Shown: piece after piece, positions 11,133 through 23,014 of the stretch
How positions within the stretch are numbered: position 1 is the stretch's first letter
Layout of the letters: each line of letters opens with the position of its first letter
Program-made: the position numbers and the translations under genes
From: Jimgerdemannia flammicorona
Taxonomy: Eukaryota
Direction: 5' to 3'
Length of the DNA stretch: 34,374 nt
Assembly: GCA_003990765.1 (NCBI GenBank)
Contig: RBNJ01000275.1
Location: 1 to 34,374, forward strand
Notes under the pieces: model-generated
What the model saw: the letters and a program-made list of their open reading frames with translations, nothing else
What the model was told of the DNA's origin: nothing
Database searches by the model: none

Positions 11133-14100
11133 ATGGGTCCCAAGAGTCGCAAGAGGCAGAAGGAGGAGGACTTCAAGGTACGCTACTACGATCTACGTTA
11201 CACACATACACTCACTTCTAACACATTCTCTTCAACTCAACAGAAACCGAAGCTAAAGGTCGGCAAGAAGAAGGCCGTCGCAGACAACTTCACGGACACC
11301 TCGTTCAAATCCAAAGGTAATTTCCCAGATCAACATAATAAGCTGGAAGTATTGCCATGAATGAAATTCAATACATTAACGATCTGCATGCTTGTAGCCA
11401 TCAGCCTCCCAAACCAAAGCATTAACGAGGACAAATCAAACCAGCTCACCAACGCTCGAAACCTCACGTTAAGTGACCTTGTGGCGCAACTTCGACATTA
11501 TAACGCTGGATCTCGAAAAGGTTGATCGCAATAGTCTCCGGTTGCCCTTCTGATATAAGTGATCAATTCGTTTTAACCCATTCTCGTGCTTTCCAGATGC
11601 AATTCAAGGTCTGCGGGACCTTTTCAATCGGTATCCGGCTATATTACCCTCATCTCTCAGCACCATAGTTAACTCGATTGTCCGCTTGCTTATCGACGAT
11701 GTAAGAGCTAGGTGTACTGTTTCTCTTTGTTTTATGGGGGATTTGACTTCGCAGTGTTTGGGCAAACTCACATCTCAACACTATGGCCTGTCCTGCAGGA
11801 CGGAGATGTACGCAAGGCTTTATTATCATTCCTTAAGGAGTACTTGGCGGCCTTAAACAAGGTACACTACAGTTGTACTTGACTGGCCTATGGGCACCCG
11901 TAAAGACAAACAATGAATCCCCATCCATTCTACCTTCCAACAGTCAGATCTGCAACCCTTCCTACCTCTCCTCATTATATATACTTGCTCCGCCATCACC
12001 CACATCCAAGAGGACATCCGGTCAGACGCAATCAAATTCATGGACCTGTGGATTGATGTCGCACCGGAAGTTGTTGTCGGGCGATTTTGGAAGAAGGTAC
12101 GGAATCAGTGCGATCGAAAACTAGGTGTAAAGAGAGAGTGGGTTGGAATCATCTAACGACCGGTCGCAGGTTCTGGGTAATTACACAAGCCTTTTGGATG
12201 TGAACTCGAACGCTGCCAACATCTCCAAGGGGAGTGGGTTGGAATCTTCTGCCTCCTCAAGTTCCACTATGTTTGCAAACCAGCGCAGTAATCGCGGATC
12301 GGAAAAGGTTAGTTCCATAAACCCAAGTTTTCACCGCTGCCGTCTGTGCTGATTTATGATACTATGTGTTTTTCTTTTTGAACTCAGTCCCGTTTCGTAT
12401 AATCCAATAGACGAAACTGGTCGTGCTCAGTAGCCTGTACAAATTCCTAGATGCCGGACTTTCGGAAAGTTCGGACGATCCGTGAGCACGCGTCTTTGTC
12501 GGGTATTTTCTGTTGCTTTCAAAGACTCGATTCGCTCAGATTTTATTTGTGAACCTTGCATTCGCTTATAGATACTGGTTCTTCCAGAATTTTTTGTCGA
12601 GCCGCCATGCGCGACGAATCTTCTCTAACAAGTATAGAAAGGATGGTGTCAAGAGGCGGCATGATCTGGTGGAGTGGAACGAGTATGGCAAGGTATATTT
12701 CTTTATATGGGCCAAGTAACTATTTTCATGTAAATATGATATCCGAACCTTGTTATGACCGCCCACTTCACAGACCACCACGCTACTACCCCACGCCATG
12801 TGCGCATCCTTTTTACCATACCTGTCACCCGCATCGTTCTCTTCGGTCCCTGTCTACTCCCATCTCAGCCTGTTCGGGTCAACGGGGACGGACGAAAAGC
12901 GGAAATCGGACATCGCCGTCGGCGCAAAGGGTGACAAGGAAGCGGCGGACGAAGAGGCGGACAAACCGGACGTCGGGGGGCGTATGCTTGAGGTGAAGGT
13001 TGGCATCTATTTGGATTGCTCTCTTGACGACTTTGGGAAGGTGTTGTTTGTAATAAATACTCTTTGTCGCGATCTTCTAGGGCATAATCAACACGCTTCA
13101 ACCGGTCTTGCTCGCTACCTGGTTGGACACCGCCCCAACAGTGTTTTCCGCGTCGGGATCAGTGCTGTTCACGTCGGGGCTTCAAACCGTGCATCTCGTG
13201 CTGAAGGTCATGGCGGTGCTGTGGAGAGCGACGCTGAGCGGATCGGCTGGTGCGGTATGAATACCGTGCTATCTTTGTTTGTTTTTGTGCCAACCTTGTA
13301 TTCCGTTCGTACTCTATTTGGAATCTCATAATATCATCTCTTTCCCCGAAATATAGGTAGATCAAACGTGGATCGATTCGCATTTGCAACAGTTACTGAG
13401 ACACTTCATGATTTACTTCCCTTTCGGAAGCGATACATTTGGGATGCGCGATGCCAGGGTAAGATGTTGGCTTTCGCGCAATACTGTTATTAATTGTTGG
13501 ATGTGCTCTCACTATAATAATTGTGGAAAAATATCCCTCCACTCTGGGGAAAATGCCTTATTCCATCAGGTCGAATCCATCCTCCAAGACATGAGCATTC
13601 TCTTCTGCGAGCTCACCTCCCTATTCCTCCTGGCAACCACCTTGTCGTCCACCTCCGACGTCAAAAGCCGTAACGCACCGTCTGAGCAGCCCACGATCGT
13701 GCCCGCCATAGTCCACAAGGCCGGAAAGAGGCGGAGGAAGACGAGGTCGGTCGAGGATGTAGAAGGCGGGGAGGGCAAGACCCCTGCGTGGGTGGAGAGG
13801 GTCGTGGAGTATGTGTTGGCCGTGCTCGGATGGGAGGTATGTTGTTGTTTAGGAAGGAGTTTCGCTTTAAAATCGAATAATTCGAAAATAATTGATGACT
13901 CGGTCCGTATCTCAAACATTTTGATAGAACCCCGCTCAATCTGTGGTTAAGAAGCCTCGGCTTTCGAATCCCCTCATGACGACGTCGACCACAGATTTTA
14001 AACCTGAGCATTTGGCGGCTTTGTTGCCGACATTGTGGGGCTTGTTGAATTGTCTGGGAGAGGAGAAGCAGGAATGGGTGTTTGAGGTATGTCGTTCGTT

Positions 14101-15204
14101 CCTAGCTGTGAAATCCTAGCTGTGAAATGTCCGACTTAGAAGGTCGCCCAACGTTGGAGGGAATTCACTAATAGTTTCGTGCATTTCTTAGGCATTGCTT
14201 GGTTATTTTAAGAAATCTCACGCGCACTCTGCCACAAAGCGTATATCTCTGGAATTCATCATCCAAATATATATGGTAACTGCGTGCAATATTCATAATT
14301 TCATGTCGCGACAAACCCCCTGCACCACACAATTTTTTCTAATATCAATGGATTGTTCTCGATTTCTGTTCATCAACCGTCTCAGATTCAAACAGACCCG
14401 CAATATACAGGCCTCTTCCGCATCCGTGTGTTCTCGAGGTTTGCCAAATTATTGCAGGCATGGGTGTTGGGGTTACCTAAGTTATTGTGGGAACTCAAGG
14501 CCGGAAGCATGGAGACGAGTCGGGTATTCATATATGCATCTTCCAAGTTATCTCACAAGGAACCCCAGAGCCACACTACGAACGCATATGTTTACTTTAT
14601 TTCCAATTCATTTACAGGTAATATTGGAAACGTTGTGCGATATTGCAAAAAGGCAGGCAAGAAGCGTTTTCGAGGACGAGGTGAGTATATTTGCTGGTAG
14701 TTTTATACGGAATTACTTTTCTTCATTGTTGACGAACCAGATTGCATTCTCCAGGTGTTCGACACGTTGGAGAAAAGCATGATTCCATTCTATTACGTAA
14801 ATGTACCCAACAAAGGTACAGCATTTATTTCAATGTGACGTTATTTACTTCGCCCATCTAATTCTTGATTTCTAACTCGCTTTTTGATTGCTTTGTGTAA
14901 GGTCCCTTATTCGGCCCCTTCCTGTCTCTCACCGAAGATCTCCAACTGACCGCATTGGAATTTCTCTTTTATATGCCAAAAATCTCGGACAAAATGGAAA
15001 CTGCATTGCGGGAATGTTGTGAAAGTATGTATCGCCTCAATGTGATTTTGTTTGAATCAACACGTATTTTATATATTCCCGCCTTCAAGAGGGTCGCTAA
15101 ATTTACAATAATTCTTGGGGTTTCCCTTGGCAGACGAAGCGATGTCCGAGAAAACTAAACAATACCTCGGCGAGGTGATGCGCAACAGTAGTTTTGGTGA
15201 ATGA
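11133..15204 (+). CDS. IPI1: Rix1-complex pre-60S processing protein Ipi1/TEX10, many exons
   Basis: N-terminus MGPKSRKRQKEEDFKKPKLKVGKKK...NFTDTSFKSKAISLPNQSI...LRHYNAGSRKDAIQGL and CSAITHIQEDIRSDAIKF. The C-terminal exon GPLFGPFLSL is followed by a last exon that ends with TGA at 15204. Confidence 0.88.
14100..14128. repeat. Perfect 14-bp tandem duplication (TCCTAGCTGTGAAA x2) in an IPI1 intron
   Basis: Read directly. Confidence 0.85.
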
Positions 15205-15503
15205 CCAGTGGAACATGATTTTCTTTTTGTATAGAAAATAGAAAGGTTGGATTTCAAATGGACTGATGGTTGGAACATTTTTGCCGCTTTTGCCAAGGAT
15301 GGGAAGGCGGGATTTTATATATATCTGTGGCACTGATCATTTACATGCAATAAATTCTTTATCTGGATATACAGATGAAATCAAAACTCAATAATATTGA
15401 ATGAAATAAATAAAAATAAATAAAATAAAAAAGACCTCAAGATCTTGCCCGATACTTTTCTATGTGCACGCAACCAAAGGAACGTTGATGTCGCTCGCTC
15501 GGA

Positions 15504-18126
15504 TTATTGCTCAGCCGGCTTTTCGTACGCAGCCTCATGGATCTTCTGTGCACGGCCCGATGGATCGGAGGAGCAACCTGTAATGTATGGACAAATTGTC
15601 GCGTGTCCGAAGTCAACCTAGGGGCAATAATATCTCGCCACACTCAAAGAGCTCACACGCTAATGATCTCCAAAAACCATCGCAAGGCACGGTGAATAAA
15701 TTAACAAAGTGTCTCAAATAACGATAGGACAATGATTTAGACTTACCCCAGTCCTCTCTCGGAATCCACCTCACAACGCTCTCGGTACAAGCATTCTGCG
15801 GGAACCACTGCTCAAAGATTTCACGGTACCAATACGCCTCCTTCGACAACGGGGTATCTAATGGCCACCGCTCGGCTGCCTTCTCGAATTTGGCATCGCT
15901 GACGACTTGTAAGCTTGACGACTTGAGTGAATCGATCCACGAATAACCAACGCCGTCCGAGAACTGCTCCTTCTGGCGCCACAGGACTTTGTCCGGAAGG
16001 TAGGGGCGCGCCGACGGGTCGTCCGATGTATCAAAGGCCTTGCGGAGAACGTACTTCTCGATCCGCCCCTTGTGGGACATTTTCAATCTGGGGTCAATGT
16101 TCATCGCGACCTCCAGGAAAGCTTTGTCAAGGAACGGAACGCGCGCCTCCAAGCCCCACGCCATGGTGGACTTGTTGGCACGAAGGCAATCGGAAGTATG
16201 TAGATTCTTGACGCGGGAGACCGTCTCCTTGTGGAGCTCCTCAGGGGTAGGCGCATAGTGGAAATAGAGATATCCGCCCAATATCTCATCAGCACCTTCG
16301 CCAGACAATACCATCTTGACGCCCATGGCTTTGATCTTGCGCGAAAGGAGGTACATAGGTGTAGATGCGCGGATGGTTGTAACATCGTAGGTTTCGAGAT
16401 GGTGCACCACATCGGCGACGGCATCAAGGCCTTCTTGCACCGTAAACGTATATTCGTGGTGGATGGTGCGGAGGTGCTTGGCAACTTCGCGGGCGGCTAA
16501 AAGATCGGGAGAGCCGGGAAGGCCGACCGAAAACGAATGAAGACGCGGCCAGGAAGCGGGAGCGCCTATTGCATGAAAAAAAGAGAGCCGTCGAGGTAAG
16601 AATGGTTGAATTCGAAACCTCGTCATTACAATGACCACTTAGGTTTATGCTACAAGTGTCATCTACGCTTCAAATTGCAGTGCATGACGAAAAAGAGAAG
16701 CAATACCAAAACACGTACTCTCATCGATTAGGTCATCTTCATCTGGGCTTCCGTTTCCGTTACCGTTCTGTAGCTTTTTCTTCAGCTCTTGCGCTATCTT
16801 TTCCGTCTCTCTCGCCGCAATCGAGGCAATTAAACTCGAATCCAGCCCACCACTGAGCAGAACCCCATAAGGCACCTCGGACATGAGCCTCTTGCGCACA
16901 GCCCTTTCGAGGCTCTCGCGGAGATGCTTGTAATCAACATCAGCGGTAGGAATCCTGGATTCGTCCCACCAGGTCGGCTCGAACCACCTTCTCGTCTTCG
17001 GCTCAGCCGAATCCGAATCGTAGACGTGTCCCGGGGGGAAGGAGAGGATCTTGTCGCATTCCTCGTTGAGGGCTTTTAACTCTGACGCGAAGTAGACCGT
17101 CTCGGGCGAGGTAGACGCCCAGCCGTAGTAAAGGGTGGTGATGCCGATGGCGTCGCGCGCGGCGATGACGCGGTTGCGTTTGGTGTCGAGTAGGACGAAG
17201 GAAAACATACCGTCAAGGAGGTTGATAAAGTCAGCGCCATGCTCTTCATACTAACAAGCGATAAACATAGGGGCATCGCATGCAGGAGAATGATTAGTAA
17301 AATGACACGAATAGTATCACAATAATAGTGCGCCCTAGACATGATTATTTTTTTTTGGAACTTGGGAAAATCAGCTTATTCATATAAGCTAGATCATTCT
17401 TATATCAACAAAGAAGAAAACAGGGGGGACCCTATATCAATCGTGTCCTACCCACCAAATACAATATCACCTCGCAATCCGAATGGGTTTTGAAATTGTA
17501 ATCATGTTTGAGGTTGTTGCGCAGGTGCTTGTGATTGTAGATCTCACCGTTGACGGACAAAACCAAGGTACCGTCCTCGTTGGTGAGGGGTTGCGCGCCC
17601 GAGTCTGCAAGTCATTGGTTTGTCGTTTGTTAGTGCGAGGGAAAGGTAAACGGTAACAGAACCCGGTTGTGCGCTCGATCTTAGTGTCTTGCCCGAATCG
17701 ATGCACACGCCTCTCCACGTCCATTGGATAGAGTGTACTTCCAGAATATAAATCGCACATTGGAACTTCTAGTCGGTATGACTGCGGCCGTTATGACTGC
17801 GGCCAGTATGACTGCGGCCGATATTACTGCAGCCTCGTCCCATCCAAAATATTCTGATACTTACCAACTCCGACGATGGCCAAGCGTTCATGAGACAGTA
17901 TGGAGTTGTCAGCTACTATACAACCACTCCAGTCAGGACCACGATGCCTGATCCTAGAATGCCGATTCCACGCGTTGAACGGAACGTAAACTTGTGCTCC
18001 GCGACTAGAAATTGCTGAATACTGGGGTTGGGGAAAATAAACCTACTTTTTTGACAGAAACAGCGCACGTTGGCGGAACGCGTTAATGTCGCCCTGGTAG
18101 TTGTAAACTGCAAAGATTCCACACAT
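15504..18126 (-). CDS. ASN1: Asparagine synthetase (glutamine-hydrolysing), multi-exon
   Basis: N-terminal MCGIF (catalytic Cys2), [59 protein letters not shown] and [10 protein letters not shown]. Confidence 0.97.
17777..17836. repeat. 15-bp tandem repeat x4 (TATGACTGCGGCCNN) inside an asparagine synthetase intron
   Basis: Units TATGACTGCGGCCGT, TATGACTGCGGCCAG, TATGACTGCGGCCGA and TATTACTGCAGCCTC. Confidence 0.9.
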
Positions 18127-18326
18127 TTTGCTTCGAGTGGGGCAGAGGGAGAAAGGAGAGAAAGGGGTGGAGGGAGGACTAAATCCTGTTTCGCGCTGGT
18201 CACGTGCCAAAACAATATCAGTGATCTCACCGACCAATGGCTGCAGGGGAGATCATCTCGATCAGTGCGACGCTACCACTAGACCTCTTAGACCTCTGAA
18301 ACCCCTCCATCCGTCCATGCCATGCC

Positions 18327-18335
18327 GTGACTCAC
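18327..18335. promoter_or_regulatory. Gcn4/CpcA-type response element GTGACTCAC ~200 bp upstream of the asparagine synthetase ATG; GTCACGTG also at ~18199-18206
   Basis: TGACTCA at 18328-18334. ASN genes are established targets of general amino-acid control in fungi. Confidence 0.55.
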
Positions 18336-18381
18336 TATGCATGGCTCTTTTCCGACCCTAGATAAACAAGAGATTGTGATG

Positions 18382-18420
<39 letters not shown>

Positions 18421-18439
18421 CTTGAGAGATTGTGATGCC

Positions 18440-19005
18440 TTATCTCAATCCAACCACAGCTCTCCCTTATACCTATATAATTTAAAAACTATATAAAGAA
18501 AAATACTTACTGTTTCTGATATATATATAGTTACTATAGTAGTAATAAACTTAAAGTATACTTACTAAGTCTATTAATAAATACTATTATAGTATCTTTT
18601 TCTTAGTTGGTTTTAAATAATTTAACTATTCAATTTCTAGTAAATATTAGTAAAGATTGAAGAAGTTCTAGAGGTACTTGATTTCTTACTTTATTTCTCA
18701 GAAGTCTTTAATATCATCTGCTATTTTTGATCAGTAAAAGTATTCTCTATAGTCTGCTTAAGTATAGTATCTAAGAAAAAAATTTCAATATTTAAATTCA
18801 TTTATTTTAAACTGAGAAATCAACTCAATCTTAAAGTAGTTAAAAATTAATCTTCATAAGAACTAATAGACTTCAGCTTATAGAGAAATATATCAGTAAT
18901 AATAACAGTAATGTGAAAAACACATTTATATCCAAAGTCATTGAAATAGATGATGACTAGATAGATCAATAAATGACATTTGGATAATTCAGCATCTCAA
19001 TTTAT
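18440..19005. mobile_element. AT-rich, CpG-free degenerate tract, probably a decayed repeat
   Basis: No CpG seen between ~18362 and 19005, and all frames are stop-rich. Confidence 0.4.
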
Positions 19006-19381
19006 CGGAAAGATTGAAACATTAAAATGTATCTTTTATTATCTTTTATCCAACCCTGCACCCAATTGATAAAAAAAAAATTGTCAACCTCAACATGATG
19101 AGACCAGACTCGGTGCTCCTCAATCCCATCAAAGCCCCACATCTACTGCCCTTTTTCCATAATAATTACATCACGAAGCATCTTAAACTGCTTTCTGCAG
19201 TCAGAAACGTCGGTTGACAGCATTTCGTTCGCTTGGGTTATTAAATTTGATCACATCAGTCTACCTCAAAAATGAAATGACGACCATGTCCTTCCATAAA
19301 CTTCAAATTGAAAAAGGGTAGCGACTCGCGTAGAAATCTCCAAACCACCTGCCCTCCTCGCTCTCCACCAAGCGCATCGTG

Positions 19382-19780
19382 ATGCTACCAAAGCAGGAGC
19401 CGGACGAATATCTCCAATCCGACCCATACGCCGTGCCACCATCCCGCGGCGCTCGCAAGGAATGGACCACCGCCGAAATAGACATGATCCGCGCGGGCCG
19501 CCAGGCGGGCAAACCTTGGAAGGACATTACCGACGAGGTCAACGCCGCGTTCGGCCAGGCGCGCTCCACGAATTCCTGTCGGAAGATATTGTTTAAGCAT
19601 GGCGATTTCACGGGGCAGTGGAACGATGAAAAAATTGCGGCCCTCCGCCAGGCCGTGAAAAGTGGCGGTGCGCAGAGACGACAGTACATGGAGGCGTTGA
19701 GGGCCTTGGCCGGAGATGCCTTGGTGGATATGTCGGTACCGCAGATCGACAAGAAGTTCAGGGAAATCGTTCGCTTATAA
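19382..19780 (+). CDS. Small Myb/SANT-like helix-turn-helix protein; 5' end uncertain, may have an upstream exon
   Basis: Spaced tryptophans in RKEWTTAEIDMIRAGRQAGKPWKDITDEVNAAFGQARSTNSCRK and a second repeat start GQWNDEKIAALRQAV. GC-rich coding-like composition. Confidence 0.7.
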   Translation: MLPKQEPDEYLQSDPYAVPPSRGARKEWTTAEIDMIRAGRQAGKPWKDITDEVNAAFGQARSTNSCRKILFKHGDFTGQWNDEKIAALRQAVKSGGAQRRQYMEALRALAGDALVDMSVPQIDKKFREIVRL

Positions 19781-20042
19781 TTACTAGTGCCAGGTCGATT
19801 TTGATTACTTTCGCTTAAAATTCCTTCTAGCGTCTCTGAACATAGCATATAAGTTCACTTGTCTTTTTCTCTTCGGTTGGTTTAGAAAGAGATAAATACG
19901 AACAATAGCGCAAGTAGCAACATTAAGGCATCCGGAGATATCTATCCATAGGAGCAATACAATAACGACATGTGCATTGTTTGTCGTGTACAACTCAAAT
20001 GGGAAAAGTAAGTTACTCAAAAATAAACTCGGACAACAAGTT

Positions 20043-21626
20043 CTATGCAAATGTCTGCCTTATCTCCAGCTGCCCACCATGTGAAAGAGACGCCGCAGGC
20101 CAAATCCGTGCTGGTAAATTCCTCCACGCGACCCCATGGTCTACCCCATCAACAGTAACTTTGCAGATGCGTTGCTTCATATCCAAGAAGAAGCTCACGA
20201 CGGAACCCTTCCCGTAGCCATCATCAAACGTTAATATCGAGAAAGGATTCGCGTCGTACACGCACCCATTGCTTGCGAATCCCCACGAATTCGCCTGCAC
20301 TCCCAGCACAAGATTCTGGCCCGTGACGATAGACTGGGTGGCCAGGCCTAGGGAGACCCCCCCGGCGTTTGGGTTGCACCCGACCACGAGTACGTCCCAT
20401 GTGTACACGCCCTCGCCCTTGCACGCGCATACGGCGAGGACGGAACTGGTCGAGTGCTTGGTGATCACCTTGGGGTGGCTGACCTTGACGTTGTTATGGG
20501 ACAAGTCGAGAGCGGGACCGGTGTGGGTGTGGTCCCAGATGCAAGCATTTCCGTGCTCCCATGAGGGTGGGCAGACCGTACGGACAAGGACGTGATGGCG
20601 AAAGGCTTCGGAGAAGATTTCGCGCGGGGCGGCGGAGCCAAGGGTGTCCATGATGGTGACGAGGCGGTGCGGGCAAATGTCTTCGAAATGCATCAACGAC
20701 ATGAGGGGATTGAGTATTTCGTCTCGGTGCTCGAGGAGCCTGGTGGAGACGGCGTCTGAGATGAGCGCTTGAGCTTGAGGTTCGTTGGTAACATCATCTA
20801 CCGATACCTGTACGTCGTACTGGTATACTACCATTTTTTCAACATCCAACGAGCGCATCACTCTCTCCTTAATCTCCTTTCCGATTAGCTTTTCGTCTGG
20901 ATTTTCCGATAGGTCAAGCGCCCAGTCGAACGCCCAATCCACCACGCACAAGAACACTATATAGGCCCGAGTGGTTGGCGGGTTTATGTCTTCGAGCGGT
21001 AAATCCGACAATAGCACCGCCATCGCCTCTCTTGAAACGGTCTTCAATGTCCCAATGTTCCATTCTTGAACAAGGAAAAACTTCCGCACGGCTTCAAATA
21101 ATAACTCATTCATTTCCAGGCCGACGTCTAACGTACGTACCGCATCCGACAAAATTTCCCCAGCAAGGTGAACGTCCGCCAGATTGTCTTGGACAAATTT
21201 GACGACGAGTTGTTGCAACCGTGGTAAGAGGAAGTACTCGGCGGCCTTGTAGCACGATACGGCGTTCAGCAGGGTCAGCGAGGGGGTCTCCTCAAGATAG
21301 CAATATTCCAGCACGAGCTGTAGTTGTGTGGAGGTAATCGTGGGAAGTGGTATCTCGCGGGCCGTGGACTCACGCATAGTGCCGTACAGCATGCGATCGA
21401 ACATGTCGGAGCGCAGTGCCAGCAAGGCGCGGAACGCATGCTTTCTTGTAGCGTCATCAGAGCATATGAAGGTTACATCGCTGAGTTCCGGGTGATTGAT
21501 GCAGTGACGAAGATCTGCCTTCAGGTTGTGGCCGCGAACGTGGGGAATGAGGGTTGGTGGTGTTGATGGTGTCGTGGAGACGTGGCGATTGAGGACTGGT
21601 GGTGCCGTGGCATTGCGGGGTTCCAT
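20043..21626 (-). CDS. Intronless BTB/POZ + SPRY(B30.2) domain protein (~527 aa)
   Basis: BTB: SDVTFICSD...HAFRALLALRSDMFDRMLYGTMRES...EIPLPTI...LVLEYCY. SPRY: GVYTWDVLV...GVSLGLA...NSWGF...GSVVSFFLDMKQR...VDGVDHGVAW...IWPAASL. Confidence 0.9.
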   Translation of the reverse strand: MEPRNATAPPVLNRHVSTTPSTPPTLIPHVRGHNLKADLRHCINHPELSDVTFICSDDATRKHAFRALLALRSDMFDRMLYGTMRESTAREIPLPTITSTQLQLVLEYCYLEETPSLTLLNAVSCYKAAEYFLLPRLQQLVVKFVQDNLADVHLAGEILSDAVRTLDVGLEMNELLFEAVRKFFLVQEWNIGTLKTVSREAMAVLLSDLPLEDINPPTTRAYIVFLCVVDWAFDWALDLSENPDEKLIGKEIKERVMRSLDVEKMVVYQYDVQVSVDDVTNEPQAQALISDAVSTRLLEHRDEILNPLMSLMHFEDICPHRLVTIMDTLGSAAPREIFSEAFRHHVLVRTVCPPSWEHGNACIWDHTHTGPALDLSHNNVKVSHPKVITKHSTSSVLAVCACKGEGVYTWDVLVVGCNPNAGGVSLGLATQSIVTGQNLVLGVQANSWGFASNGCVYDANPFSILTFDDGYGKGSVVSFFLDMKQRICKVTVDGVDHGVAWRNLPARIWPAASLSHGGQLEIRQTFA

Positions 21627-21780
21627 CAAGTGTTAGGGAAGAGAGGAGTTCACCACGTGCTGAATGTCTACTTATGGCCATTTATATGTCTCGATCACGT
21701 GATAATTCCTCCAACTTAAGTGCGTGCGTACGTCTTCAACCCCTCTTCCACTCCCTCTCTCTTAAAACCTTTATCCTCTC
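21627..21780. promoter_or_regulatory. Bidirectional promoter (154 bp) between the BTB-SPRY and RING genes, with two CACGTG E-boxes (21654-21659, and the ATCACGTGAT palindrome at 21694-21703)
   Basis: Divergent ATGs at 21626 and 21781. Motifs read directly. Confidence 0.55.
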
Positions 21781-22744
21781 ATGGCAAGCTACTTTGGTAA
21801 ATACTATACCATGTTTATTGCACTGATAAATCCCCTATAATAACTCCATATCTACCCCTCTTAGACGACCTCAACATCAAGATCGACAAGAAACCTGCCT
21901 CGCGCTCCACCGTGAATGTTGACGTTTCGCACTTCATGGCGCCCTCGGGTTCCGCCGGTCAGGGGTCCCGTGCACCGGCATTTGAAAGTGACGGAATTGA
22001 CCAGTTCCTCCAAGTTGCAAAGTATATTTTCTGATTCGCCTGTGTCGGCTCGGTGACCAAACTACATGAAGGTGGATCACGAAACTGATAATATTCGTTC
22101 GCTTTTAGTCTCTTTGGTGGTTTTAGGGAACAAGCTTCAGGCGACTACGTTCAACAAGAGTTCTTGGATAATTTAATATCGCAGCTTTTGGAGGAGTCAA
22201 ACGCAAGGTAAGGACTACGCTGCTAATAGTGTTGCATGGTGACGTTGATATATACTTTAATCTCATCCCATTCATATGATGATTCAGTGCAAAAGGTCCG
22301 CCGCCGGCCTCAAAACGTTTCATTATGGATCTACCTTCAGTATCGAAATCCGCCGTTGGACCGTTAGTATCATATCCTTTTGTCTGACTCCACCTACCCA
22401 TATGTCAGTTTGAATATTCGGTTGATATTCTGTTTGCACCTAACAACCGATCGATAGGGACGAGAGCTGCACCGTCTGCAAAGACGTTTTCCACATCAGT
22501 GGCTCCAAGATCACCAAGATGCCTTGGTAAGTGTGCGGAGTTTGTTGTAGTTCGATCTTCAATCTCAAGACTGAGTGAATGACCGTTTATCCGCTTGCTT
22601 AGTGGCCATTTCTTTGACAAGGACTGTATCGTTCCCTGGCTCGAGCTTCACAATACGTGTCCCATGTGTCGAGCCGAGGTCGAGACGGAGAAGAAGGTGA
22701 AGGAGGAGGAAGAGGAGGAGCAACAGAATTGGATGTATTCATAG
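21781..22744 (+). CDS. RNF181-like RING finger E3 ubiquitin ligase; exons 21781-21796, 21865-22021, 22109-22207, 22288-22362, 22458-22526, 22603-22744 (185 aa)
   Basis: Spliced translation MASYFDDLNI...LDNLISQLLEE...GPPPASKRFIMDLP...CTVCKDVF...[27 protein letters not shown]...WMYS*. The exons sum to 558 nt, in frame. Not in the ORF track. Confidence 0.88.
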
Positions 22745-23014
22745 AAGGCCTTAGATCAGCGTGGATATATGACCCTTGTATCACATGTATTTGTACATTG
22801 ATAATTCAGCATCGAGAACTGCAATCCGCTCTCCATCCTTTCTACACTATGTATTAGCAAACAACTTATAGGAATGGCCAGCGTAGTCTATTTCAACTAT
22901 TGTCTTTAATTAAACAGGTCTGGTATTACCTACAGGCATATACAAAAATATAAAATTTCACGGCAATGGATCAGCAAAAATGTAAAACAAATGTGACAAA
23001 GCCAATTCACAATA

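Noticed and set aside
19277..19381. Stop-codon readthrough (two in-frame TAGs) extending the Myb-like ORF from upstream ATGs
   Set aside because: An upstream exon spliced to the CGTAG acceptor, or a start at ATG 19382, is a simpler explanation. Other genes here use TAG as a normal stop.
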